A DNA stretch of 64,000 bases from Phoronis australis. Taxonomy: Eukaryota > Animalia > Phoronida. Every line of letters starts with the position of its first letter. Position 1 is the first letter of the stretch. The DNA is taken from NCBI GenBank assembly GCA_002633005.1, contig NMRA01000376.1, positions 155,564-219,563 of the forward strand, given 5' to 3'. Of the stretch, positions 23,301-34,200 are shown in pieces. Under the pieces are notes generated by a model. It made no database searches. It was not told the origin of the DNA and was given only the letters and a program-made list of their open reading frames with translations. The translations under genes and the position numbers were made by a program.

Positions 23301-25978
23301 GCCCCGAGGGTGATAATTCTACAAAATCCACGAGGGCTCTAGATAAGGGGGATAACGACTGAGAACATGTAATAATCTATTTATACCACATACTAAACGA
23401 GAAACATTGCAATGAATCGATCTACCTTTCTCGACTCGCCTCGGCTTTGTAACTACTTTCTATGTCAGAGGCCCGGGGTCGGAGGTCGTGACCTTTTAAG
23501 AAAAGCCGAGCTATTTTTGTCAAATAATGCTTATACTCAAAACCAATTGGAAATTAAAACAAAATAGAAATGAAGTGAATCTCTAAATTAAGGTTAAGCA
23601 ACTATTATAACTCAGAACACGTTTTTTACACGCTAAGCTTCGACCGGGAAATTATCGTCTGCTAAAGTAGGTTACCACTGGTAACTGAATATAATTCTCA
23701 AGTCAATGATCCTGACGAAACGATACCCGCATTCAAACTGGAGATCGGTAATTTACAAGTAAGAGGACATGAGAGAAAAATTTCACTGAATTAAGATATC
23801 ATTTTTATGGAAATTATGTGTCTTATTTTTCGTAGCGTATAAGTACAGTACAATGCGGTTTGTTGAACGTGCGATTATTGCGCGTGCTCATTTAAGTATT
23901 CTATTTTCACTCTTGATGACGTCAGTCGCTGCGTGGTGTAGTGGTTAAAGTCGGCGATCAGCAATACCAAGGTCCCGGGTTCGACTCCGTCCTCGGTTTC
24001 CCGCCAAATCGTTATCTCACTAGTGAGATTACTTTATGGGTTATTACACGGTTTTATCTGCCATTTGACGCTAATATTGTGGTATAATACTACATCTACG
24101 CCACTCTTGGTACATTCCTTGGATTTATACGGCCATGTAATAACGTTTACCGTATTCACCTCCCGCACTACTTGACTTCTGACATGGAAATTTCAAAAGG
24201 TAGGGCAATGTCGACTCGAAGTCATTAACCGGTTAGATCATCAAACTTTCGGAAAATATTTTAAGTAGCAGTGTAAATAACACCCAACAAGCAATCAGGT
24301 CTCAATCGTAACATCTGGAACAGGACACAGTTCTGTCTCAGAGTTTTCACTTACTAAATATTATTTCGTCTGCAACTCAGGCGCCGATTCCTCGGTAACT
24401 ACAATATCAAATGTTGTTTTTAACTATTTTCAGAAGATGTTAATAGTTCAGTGCAGAGTTAGCGTTGTTTTCATCTTTGTTATCTCTTTTCAAGTAATAA
24501 ATCGTCACATTTAAAACTGTTTCTTTTACTAGAGAATATTTGCGACGTAACGCGCAAGTACATACATATAGGATGTGATCCGCCATGTAAACAGGCTGAG
24601 TGAAGTATTTAAAAAATCTGCGGAAAAATGAAAGAAACTTAGGAATTCGAAGCGTATGGGATAAATACAAAACGTATCTCGATTGGCGAACATGAAGTAA
24701 CATCCCACTCGACATTTTTCCGCGGAATAATGTCTCGTGGGATATCATTTCATGTACGCCACTCTCGGTACGTTTTGTGTATATATTACTCAAAGAAGTA
24801 CACAAAAACGAGAACTTAATTTAAGGTTACATAGACAAATATAGTTTGGAAATTTGGTAGATGTGATGTTGGTAATAATTTACACTGCAAATTGATGATA
24901 AACTGGTTGTGGCTACTTCATTAAGCAATTAGCGGTTGACATCTTGAGAACCAAGTATTGTTATTCTACATCAATCAATGTGATATTTTTTCAATTAATA
25001 ACGAAACTAAATTGGCATCTTGCTCACGTAATAGATTCGGTTTCGTTTTGCTGTTTATTTTAGGTTATCAGATAACTTTTATTGAGTCACCATCGGGACT
25101 GGAGGACGTGTTTATAGGGTTGTTTCTAGCTACCTGCGGCATTGGGTTCTTCCTTGGATGTTCTGCTACTGCTTTAGGTGAGTGCCCTTTGTTACGCTTC
25201 ATCGCGCCTTAGCGTATCATATCTAAAACCAATCCATGCGTTCTCGAGACGTGAATAACGCCCCTTTCCGAAAGCATATTAAATGCCGCGCACTTTGCGT
25301 CAGAAAACACGGGATTTTACATTTTACGGGAGGGGATTTTCCTGGGGTGCGGTGGTGCTGTCTATGCCGGTGAGTGGCGCTTGTGCAGTTTCGAGTGACT
25401 GGCGCATTTCTTTGTCATATAGATCGAACGTTGAGTCACCAATTTACTACTGGATGCCATGCTTGGCAGAAAAACTTTCATTGTCACTCTTTCCATCCCG
25501 TTTCACTTTGGTCGGTTTTTGCTTTATAAAACTTATAGCAGGTTGTTACCTTTCTAGGCAGATTTATGATTTATGTTCGACATATGTTTCGTAAAATATG
25601 TTTCTCATGTCAAAGCAGTGACTCCTTGTACATGATTTTTGATTTTCGGTTTCAGCTGAAATTGCATCCCATTATGATGGAGTCCAGTTCAAGATGGGGT
25701 TTTACATGTTCGCTTTGAGCCTTGTACTCTTGTTGGACATCTTAGCAGTAGTTCTAATCTCCAGATATCACCCTCTTGCGAAGTCTAACCAAGAGAACAA
25801 TGAACTAGAGCAGGATACCCGACGACCGACTATTACATACAGGCCTAGTGTTAACAAGAGTGTGTCAGTCAGTTTGAAAGCGCCTAGTGTTGAACGGGAT
25901 CGCGACGACCAGTGTTCCGATTATGAGTATTCTTGGACAAGCCACTATAGCTTTGAAAGGACATATAGTTATAGTTGA
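11838..25978 (+). CDS. Divergent SLC15/POT (PTR2) family MFS oligopeptide-transporter-like protein, paralog 1 (10 exons, about 645 aa)
   Basis: Exons 11838-12246, 12667-12765, 13895-14028, 15504-15637, 16714-16874, 17823-18040, 18731-18926, 19868-20017, 25064-25177 and 25656-25978. All introns are GT-AG with compatible phases, totalling 1938 nt in one open frame. POT-like motifs: LLERIAF, FTGARYFVPIFTGLLSCAFVGRY, VGESWMK..PMFLHQ, LYFSTFSQ, YQRIGFG and GYQITFIESPSGLEDVFIGLF. Confidence 0.85.
12667..12765 (+). CDS. SLC15-like paralog 1, exon 2
   Basis: tttcag| GARYFVPIFTGLLSCAFVGRYIAVVFGGILCLS |gtaag; 99 nt, same length as paralog 2 exon 2. Confidence 0.85.
12790..13147. mobile_element. Intronic MITE-like element with imperfect TIRs
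   Basis: acgatgtttacctctagaacaa ... ttgttctaggttgaactcgt form imperfect inverted ends; internal cagcaacttg repeats. Confidence 0.4.
13895..14028 (+). CDS. SLC15-like paralog 1, exon 3
   Basis: ttctgcag| GVSYLTVDC...FRWGE |gtataa; phase 1 to 0. Confidence 0.7.
15504..15637 (+). CDS. SLC15-like paralog 1, exon 4
   Basis: tttaatag| YTVVIALVCVSVGESWMKMLRPMFLHQ...MACA |gtaggt; degenerate PTR2 TM4 motif. Confidence 0.8.
16714..16874 (+). CDS. SLC15-like paralog 1, exon 5
   Basis: ttgcag| MYILLGTGEVVAF...VFLAGAGMYIKRPGNK |gtgagt. Confidence 0.85.
17308..17340. repeat. (GT)n microsatellite
   Basis: Run of gtgtgt... in an intron. Confidence 0.95.
17823..18040 (+). CDS. SLC15-like paralog 1, exon 6
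   Basis: ttccag| HVLIEVARQ...IFPILGITTLYFSTFSQ |gtcagt. Confidence 0.85.
18731..18926 (+). CDS. SLC15-like paralog 1, exon 7
   Basis: ttgcag| LNFAFAQLQA...EPSFYQRI |gtatta. Confidence 0.85.
19042..19508. mobile_element. PIF/Harbinger-type MITE with TTA target-site duplication
   Basis: TTA|agtcgctttcccattag ... ctaatgggaaagcgacc|TTA; 16-bp perfect TIR core and internal cgaag repeats. Confidence 0.8.
19868..20017 (+). CDS. SLC15-like paralog 1, exon 8
   Basis: gttgcag| GFGAFAASLSLIAG...YFLCGVGHAIIVVS |gtaaca. Confidence 0.85.
20596..20685. repeat. (TCA)n-like low-complexity trinucleotide repeat
   Basis: Degenerate catcatcatc runs. Confidence 0.7.
23214..24088. mobile_element. Crypton-like non-autonomous element with long terminal palindrome
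   Basis: Near-perfect ~165-bp hairpin at 23217-23380 (atagattattacatg...gcccgaggggcgtcagccccgagggt...catgtaataatctat), plus a perfect 10-bp inverted pair ttataccaca (23381-23390) / tgtggtataa (24078-24087). It interrupts a repeat found intact at 24723 and 41682. The Crypton label is an inference. Confidence 0.6.
23928..23997 (+). other. tRNA-derived Pol III module (SINE head or tRNA pseudogene)
   Basis: A-box tggtgtagtgg (23934-23944) and B-box ggttcgactcc (23978-23988) at tRNA spacing; the acceptor and anticodon stems pair poorly. Confidence 0.6.
24090..24782 (+). repeat. Interspersed repeat family C, copy 1
   Basis: Collinear with 40091-40607 + 41600-41742 (tacggccatgtaata, ccgtattcacctcccgcactactt, ctcaggcgccgattcc, acgcgcaagtacatacatatagg, gaaacttaggaattcgaagcg, cgcggaataatgtctcgtggga). 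Confidence 0.9.
25064..25177 (+). CDS. SLC15-like paralog 1, exon 9
   Basis: ttttag| GYQITFIESPSGLEDVFIGLFLATCGIGFFLGCSATAL |gtgagt; 114 nt, same as paralog 2. Confidence 0.85.
25656..25978 (+). CDS. SLC15-like paralog 1, exon 10 (last TM and C-tail)
   Basis: tttcag| EIASHYDGVQFKMGFYMFALSLVLLLDILAVVLISRY...; stop at 25976-25978. Confidence 0.8.
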
Positions 25979-26052
25979 CGTTGGTTTCTGAATGAATAGA
26001 TGTAAAGGTTTCTATAAAGCGACATTGATAAACGCTTCAAAAACACAGAGTT

Positions 26053-26058
26053 AATAAA
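26053..26058 (+). terminator. Candidate polyadenylation signal of paralog 1
   Basis: AATAAA about 75 nt after the stop codon. Confidence 0.35.
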
Positions 26059-27742
26059 GTGACACCAAATGCTTTTTGACTTGTTATGAAAGATCTGCTG
26101 TCAAATGACCTAAATATCGGACGTTTTGGCACACTTTGCATTATATTTAATTGGACATACTACGGCTTGTTGTAAATTCTTTACTGAAATACTCACCTTT
26201 TATGGAATTTTTCTGTTACTAAATCTTGTCACTGAAAGCCGTATTTATGTTCTGACTGATTTTTAAAAAACACAAATCGGAGAACCTATATATCGGACAC
26301 CATGTTTCCGCATACGCCACACCGCAGAAAACTGGCTAGCGAGCATCTTGTCGCCAAACTGCAGCTCGTGTTTTGACAGCATAGAATATAATAGTCTATG
26401 ATCACAGCAGCACTAAGTTGTTTCGATGAATCAGTGCAGACGACTAAAGCACGTGCAGTCTCACTGCAGTTTTAGCGTCTCCATGCCTTCTTGATACGAC
26501 ACATGCACGTGCGCGGCCGGGGTTTAACTTGAGCTTACAACAAATGAAAAAATGAAACAGTGGCAGATTGTCAGGTCACTGAGATGATGTCATTCCGGAA
26601 AAAATTGTTTTTAAGTTTTATAACTGATTCATGCTATCGTTTACTTTACGCAAACTTGGGGATCTAAACTGCACTCTCTCTCTCTCAAAACGAGGCAACG
26701 CTATAAAAACGAGACAGTGCTGGACATTGAATGCATTACAGCGTAACAAAAATTGATGTCATTTTTTCTCATATTGTGATTCGCGAAAGATTTTATAAAA
26801 TCGTCAGATATTTAAGTCCGTCCGATATTTAGGTACATCATGGGTAAGTGATGATTAGGATTGTTGTTCTGCGTTTCCGGAACATGCACGTGATCAGCAC
26901 GTGTTCTCGTGCCTCTTCAAATCTCGGATGAATTCCAATTCATAATGTGTGCGGAAAATATTGTTAAATTAGTAAAATTTGAGTAAAACTGCCTCGCACA
27001 GGAATCGGTCTTTTAGTCCGTTCTACATCAGGGTAACAATTCTGTCCGAAAGCCTTTCGGTAGGATCAAATGTCCAGAAAAACGATTATAGTGGCGTTTT
27101 AAAGTGACTACGGGAAGTAGGTAAACTCCACTCTTCGATAGAGGAAGAACCTCACTGTCACACGCCGTTCGATAACTTCAGTGGCAAATTGGGTTTAGTA
27201 GTCCCCCACGGATGGATGGTCCATGAGAGGATAATTGGGTATTATAATGTTGTCAACCAAAATCGTGAAAGAGTGGGAGACTTTTCATAATGTCGCTCTT
27301 TAGCGTAATGAGAGCAAGAAAGCGACTTCCGTTTGATCAGATTTGATGGACAGAAATTCACCACTATATAGTGGTTCATTAATTTAAAAACAGAGAAATA
27401 GATCCCAGTAACAACCCCTCCCATTGTTTGATTAGGTTAAAAGTCGCAGCCACCATGCAACTATGCAGCCACCGATTCTCCTTTGCAGTGGGAAATGTAT
27501 GGGACATGATGTCCTTCATTCATGGGTATTTCAAGGGGTTTGTTTTTATCCGTAAGCCTTTAGCATGCTGTATTCCACCACACATCAGTGAAAATCTGCT
27601 TATACACATGTCAGACGATTGTCTGTGTGGGTTTGTTTAAAAGGTAGCTATGCTTTGAAGTTGTGCATAGATGGAGAGTCATAATCAAATCCAGTAATTA
27701 ATTTATTATATGATAACCCCTAATTAGACAAAGGAAACCTAT

Positions 27743-28475
27743 TGTTAATTAAGTAATCAACTACAAAGAGAAACTACGCTAGCGCCCTCTTTAAAGATTA
27801 CTTTAATCAAATGTCTTATCTGCTATCCAAGCTAGGACTCTCCACTTGTTGGATGTGTGTCCTGTTGGCGAATCTTCGAACTACACACACTGTATAGCGA
27901 CAGTGTACTTGCTGGTCACCGTCTCTGGTGATTCAACTCTTGCAGGCAAATTTCCTCTACCCGCGATTCTTCTTGCTGGTCACAGTCTCTGGCTGATGAC
28001 GCAACACTTCAGGTAGTATCTTACTACCCACTATGCAAGTGACAAGCTCTTAGTTAACTTCCTGTTCGTTAACCCTTGCCCTTGCCAAGATCCTTTCTAG
28101 AATCTTCCACGAGATGGCTCTGTCGTACAACTGCTTCTGTACACTGTAGCAAGTCTTTATGCTTCAACTACTTTAGCGCATCTAATTATCTTGCTGATTT
28201 CAGCCCATAATATAACATTCTACTTATTTAGTGATTGGCTAATAAAAACCACATGATCATATCCGCTTGTATTATTGGCTGTTACAATTTGTTCTCAGAA
28301 TATTCTAGAATCTCTAGAGTACTTTGACCCCAGAACCCAAAGTTGTAAACACCATCTAAAAATAGATTTTGACGTTAAAATACATGTCAACAAGTCTGAC
28401 CCCATGATTTAAAAGTACATATGCACAAATTTTGGGCAACTTAAAATGGATCTATTCTTACTAATTACTTAATCA
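27743..28475 (-). mobile_element. Candidate solo LTR
   Basis: TG...CA ends with an imperfect inverted repeat (tgttaattaagtaat / attacttaatca), flanks ctat/atat (3 of 4 match). The minus strand has CCAAT, then TATA-like taaataa, then ATTAAA. Internal 21-bp direct repeat cttgctggtcac.gtctctgg. Confidence 0.4.
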
Positions 28476-30880
28476 ATATTTATTCTGACAACACCACTAG
28501 GTTGAAGCTTTCCGCCCACTTTACATGGGATCTGTAGTTAGCGCTGAACGTCTGTCCACCAAAGACGTGATCACCATCTAGCAGGATAGTGAATTTCAAT
28601 ATGGCGCGGCTATCAGCTATTGGGATTGCTTTTCAGTCGCGTGGTATAATGCACAATAATGCACAAGAATTGTGTGCTAGTCAACAACAGAAACAACGGG
28701 ATCTTGTATCTCTTGGTATGCCGAATTCGCTCTGGAACTATAAAAGTCCATTGGCTTGTAACTGGGGAACTCTAAAATGGGGATGAACTTATATTCCGTT
28801 GGACTGATATGGGAATTTAGATGATTTAATTCTAAGTAGAAATTGAATGTACCATCGCCGAAAGGAACCTTGATATAAGCTTCCATCAAAGCATACAGTG
28901 ATGGCTAAAAATAAATAAACTGGTTGGCGACATACCTCCGACTGAATAATTTCTTCATCTTGGTTGACATAATTCTGTTTTCCAAGCCAAAGAGGTTTTT
29001 CTGTTTTTACAAGCAAGAGGGGAGTTAAAAATTTCAAAGTTGCAGATGAACTGCTCGAAAATGATTCCAAAATAAATCGATAGCTATCCTGGAAGCTATT
29101 AAAACCTTAAAAATGCTGCGCAATATACAATAATGTCCCACAGTACATCACTAACTTAAATTTACAATGCAAGTACATATAATGGTATGTATTTATATAT
29201 GTGTAGGCAATGCCTACGATGTAAAATAAATGACATACAATACTAATATTAATACTACAATGGTATTACAGTTTCCTGGATATCTGGACACGTTGGTACA
29301 AGTATCCAGGGTAATGAGGCAGTTTATCGATTTGCCAAACTTGGTGCAGAACCTGAATCAGTATCACCTGTCCCTTATGTCCCCTGTGTTTCAGAAATAT
29401 GGGATTTGTCATTAAAATGATGGAAATCATCTTAGACAGAAGTGACTACAGAACGGCAAATGAAGTCGTGAGCTGGGTAGCTCCCAAGCTATTGCGTCTG
29501 ACCAGGTCTCAACTGCAAATGGTATCGCAGGTGATAACCGGTAGCTATAACCTGCAGAGACATAAAACAACAAGTTGAGCAACAGAATTCTGCTGCCCAA
29601 AATGCTGCATGGAAGGTGGCCATGGTCCGTGTTTCACATACCTAAGCATAAGATATTAATGCTTTGTAAGTAAATTAGTTTCGCAAAAATGTCATAGGCT
29701 GATAACAAAAACATTAAAACAATTGTAAAATTCTTCAATCAGGCCGGTTTGTTGAGTAAGAGCAGTGAATTTAAACACAGTCTCTATTGTAATGGGCCTG
29801 TAGAAGGCTTAAGTAACGTGTCGGCCTTTTTGGCGAGGTTTAGTTCGTAAAATTCCGACACCACTAGCCTATTGTTATTATTGTCATCACCCGCGTCTTC
29901 GTCGTTATAATTGTTGTCATTATTGTTATTATGTTGGACAATCCCTTAGGATTGTATAGAGTATTCTTGCATATGTCCGTGGGTTTGTTTCACTCTATAA
30001 GTAAAAGCGCAAAGCCAGGGTTTTTCTGTCCCTCTACAGTGACAAGTAAAAGAACCTGAGGGGTAAGCAGGGGTGGGCTTTTACTCGAGAATAACCCGGC
30101 GGGCTTATACCTGGAGGTTCACTTATACCAGAGCGGATACGGTAATATAATACAAGCCATATTTTGCCGATAATGCCTACGTGGACTTCTTGTAGAGGTC
30201 ATCGTCCATTTTACCTTCTACTTTTGGGCCCGGTGTGTGGAAGACAAAAATCATTCGTGAGATGTTTTAGCGAAGATTTCACTGCATATGTCAACCGTTG
30301 AAACCATAAATTTCGATGTTTAAATTAAGAGGTCGGACGACGGTAGGCTACATCGCACTCTGACACGCCGCGAATCTAATGAAGCTACTGCGTACAGAAA
30401 ATTGCGCATACTGACTAATAATACATTCATTTACCGGGAATGGGTGGTTCAGTAATTATGCTGAGTCTTGTGTGATCTGGCAAATTCTCAAGGCACGAAT
30501 CTAAAGCGTAGCTGGGGTGGACACACAGAGCACACGTTTTTCTTTCTTTCATTCAGAAATAATGCATTCGCGACGCCGAATTCGTGTTTCCATTGACCTT
30601 ACTAAGGTTGAAATAGTCACTCATGCGCTTGCTGTTAGCTAATCGTGTAAAACCTTTGCATAACTCACGTATTACGTGCAGTTGTACTTTATCTAAAGTC
30701 CGATTAACACAATAATGCATTGCAATCAGATAGTAGGATTTGATAGTTTAGTCACTTATTGAGTTTATTTTGTTGCTCGTAAACTGAATTTAATGGAGCT
30801 CCAATGTAAATTGTAGCAACACGGTCATTTCGTACCCCAGTAATAGTTTGTCCTTTAAAAACGCGTGTCCACTCCATCGA

Positions 30881-31238
30881 ATGCCTCGAGCGTCAACCGG
30901 AACAATAGACCTCAGCGCCAGTGTCGCCGCTGCTCATCGTTTGACTATCAATGACTCGGACAAAGAGGATATTGAAGGCAGTGAGTTCCCTTCCGTCAAA
31001 CTAAGAACCAACATGTCCACAGGCTACCCGCTCTTGAGATCTCGGTCTTTCCAATCAAATGAAAGGTCCGTTGACAGAAAGGGTGATGCTACCTTTGACA
31101 AAGTTGCCGTACTCGCCTGGATTACGCTAGTGATACTTTTGGAGCGAACGGCAGAATGCTGCATCTATGAAATAATGATGATGGAAATAAAGCACAAATC
31201 GGCGGAATCACTGGAGACTCTGGCTTTTACATTCACAG
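30881..31238 (+). CDS. SLC15-like paralog 2, exon 1
   Basis: MPRASTG...VILLERTAECCIYE...AFTFT |gtatag. Confidence 0.75.
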
Positions 31239-34200
31239 GTATAGGCGGCAGTTATTAGCAGCATTTTTGCACGTCTAAAATATCAACGATTCATGAACCG
31301 GCATTTAACCAATCAAATGAAACCATTCTATGACAAACTGAGATAATTTATAAGTTCGATATTGTTACTAACCACATCGGTGTATTGGGGCAGGAAACAT
31401 GCAATCTGCACTCTTCACTCGAATATCTTTTCAGGCGTTAACTACTTTTCACCAATTTTCGGGGCTTTGGTCACGTGCTGCTTTACGGGAAGAGTTCTCT
31501 CCATTGTGATTGGCTGTACTATATCCCTTATAGGTGAGCGTTATTTCTTATTAACATAGATTTAATTTTGGTATAATTTTATTAAACTAGGTCACAATTG
31601 CAAATTTAAGTTTATCTCAGGCCATGAGATAACAGAAAGATTGTTATTCTTCTTCATCTCATTGTCTTGCAAGTTCACGGATATCCCAACCATGTATCAG
31701 TTCTGTTAATTGGAAAATGGACTGGAGTAATTTTCAAGCTATAGATAATGATCGACATTGAACAATTGATTTCCAGGAAATTCCAGGTTTGTTTTCTGTC
31801 GCTTCATTTTGATAGTCGCTAATTTTTCCCCAAACATCAGTAACGTGTGGTGATGCGGTTAATTGAACTTTTTACTGTTAATGAAAACCGATGCATCCCA
31901 ACGTATAGGTTTGTGGGATATGAGCCAACCAATCCAGAATCCAGGAAATGCCATGAAGGCAATCGTCTGCTTGGTAAGGTGACAGTTGACTTTCAATAGA
32001 TGCTACCTATTGAGCGGCATCCCACATTCCTTTGTAAAGTCTCTCGCTATCAGTAAAACGTCAATTGGAGCGCTTCTGTCATCGATAATGCCAAGTCTTA
32101 ATGGTCCACCTCACCTTCTAGGAACCTCCATTCTCATGGCCGACTGCTCGACATCGCATATCTCCGCCAATGAGTCAGCTCTCTCTAACCACTCAATGTA
32201 TCCAGTCTACTATTGCGGTTGGTCGTCCGTAAGTTGCTGGCAGCCTTACTGTCAGTTGTCAATAATCTTGCCGTAGTAGCTCTTAAAGAACTCGAAAATG
32301 TTTGGTTCTGAAACCCTATCATACTAGATCTTGAATCCGTTGAGACCATTCTCTTTGGGGTCATTTGACTAACCAGTTTGTTTAGGTATTGCTGATATCC
32401 ACGTGGGTTCTTTCAATTTATTGTCTTCTTTGCCCAACACAGTAATTCCATGATGCTAAGATTCCAGAAAAATGATAAATTAAATATATCGCTTGTCAAC
32501 TTCATTCTTTTACTTTGATAAAGGTAAGTTCGTGTAGGATGGAGCCCAAGACACGTTTAAAAACACCATTACAAAATTCTCTTTAGTATTACTGCGACTG
32601 ACAAGATGGTTAACTTCGTGGTCATGGTTCACAAGGGGGTTTGTTGTTCGACTACAAACACACTGTGACGTGGTGAAATCGATTTTGCAGAACTAACTAT
32701 CTCTCCCACATCCACCCGGCGTTGGTAGAATGTCACGTGAGAAATGCTTGAGTATGTCTTTGGTTGTCGTTATTTCCAGGAGTTGGCTACAATACCGTTG
32801 GTGACTTTCGCCATTGGAACTGCAACAATGAAGACATCGGTATTGACTCTGTTTGTTCAACAAGCCACACACGGAATCGAGATGACAGCAGATTTAATAG
32901 AGAAGTTGTTCACCTGGTAATCATTTGACACTTCAGTTTTTGTTTGACGAAATGGAACTCAATTAAGTCAAGGTTCGTGTGTCACCGGATCGACCTCGTT
33001 GTGTATCCATAACTCAGCTGTTTAGAAGACAATCACATCAATATCAATTACCTCTGTCTACGAGGAAATGTATTTAAAATTAAACCCAGAGAATAAAAAA
33101 TGACCATTATGTTTATAATGTTTCAGGACGTTCATGTTGACATGCCATGGTGACACCTTCTCGTATATTCTGAGGATGGCGTTCGTGCCGACAATTACCA
33201 CTCTCAAGTACCGAGCTATGGGAATTTGTTGCATTGCAGTCGTTTGCCTGTCGGTGTCACTTATTGTGTTTCTGTTGGGCTACAGGGTGTTCAAGCGACA
33301 GCCAACTAAACGTAAATAAAGGGTGAACCAATCTACTAGTTTTTTCAACATGCAAGGTTCTTTAAGGTTATTTGTAACCTTTGAATAGTGTCAAAATGTG
33401 GCTCCTTCTGGGATATCAAAAATGAAAGGTCAAATTCAAATGAAATTCAGATGAACTCTACACGAAAACGCCGCTAGAAATTGCATCAGGTGCTAACGGC
33501 GTTTACGAAAAATGAAAATTTCCTTAAAATATGAACTAAAAGAGAATTTTAAAAATCGGTATATTCTTACAACTTTCTTTGGCTAAATCCGTAAAGTTTG
33601 CTGCTAGGGTTGCACAGTAGTTGTCGGAGAAATCGACATTGGTTGTAGCCTATACAGATTAATAATTGTAGTTCTTCGCACCTACAGTACTAAAAGTCCA
33701 CAATGATAGCCTTTAACTAGGAAATCAATGAATTCTGAAATTGTCCACGGCTTTATCATGTGTAATAAGTAACGACTGTTTTGTTTTCAGGTGACGTCAT
33801 TGCAGGTATTGTGCGATTGATGAAGCGGCGTTTTACCAGCTGTTACCACTGTATTATAAGAAGAAAGTCAAATACGCCAAGAACTCCACTTGTCAAGATC
33901 AAAGAGCTGACGACATCGCAAGAAACTTTACTAGTTGCCAAGCAATTGATAAGGACACTGCCAGTGTTCGGCATTTTTGTCATTTATTCATGGGTATACC
34001 AAGAGGTAAGACTGAACTGTTTCTAGCACATGCGAGGGCAGTTTAAAAATGTTGTACAGCAGTACTTATAACTATACGTTGCAAGCAACCGTTCTGAGAA
34101 TGTGGGGCTGTCAATGCGTTTCAAACCCCAAATATTCTGCATTGAAGAGGCAACCTAAAAAGTCGTAGTTTGATAAAAGCACTAACGAAGATTTTCTTAC

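Noticed and set aside
23928-23997. Functional tRNA gene
   Set aside because: A and B boxes are present, but the acceptor and anticodon stems do not pair properly and it sits inside a repeat; treated as a tRNA-derived module.
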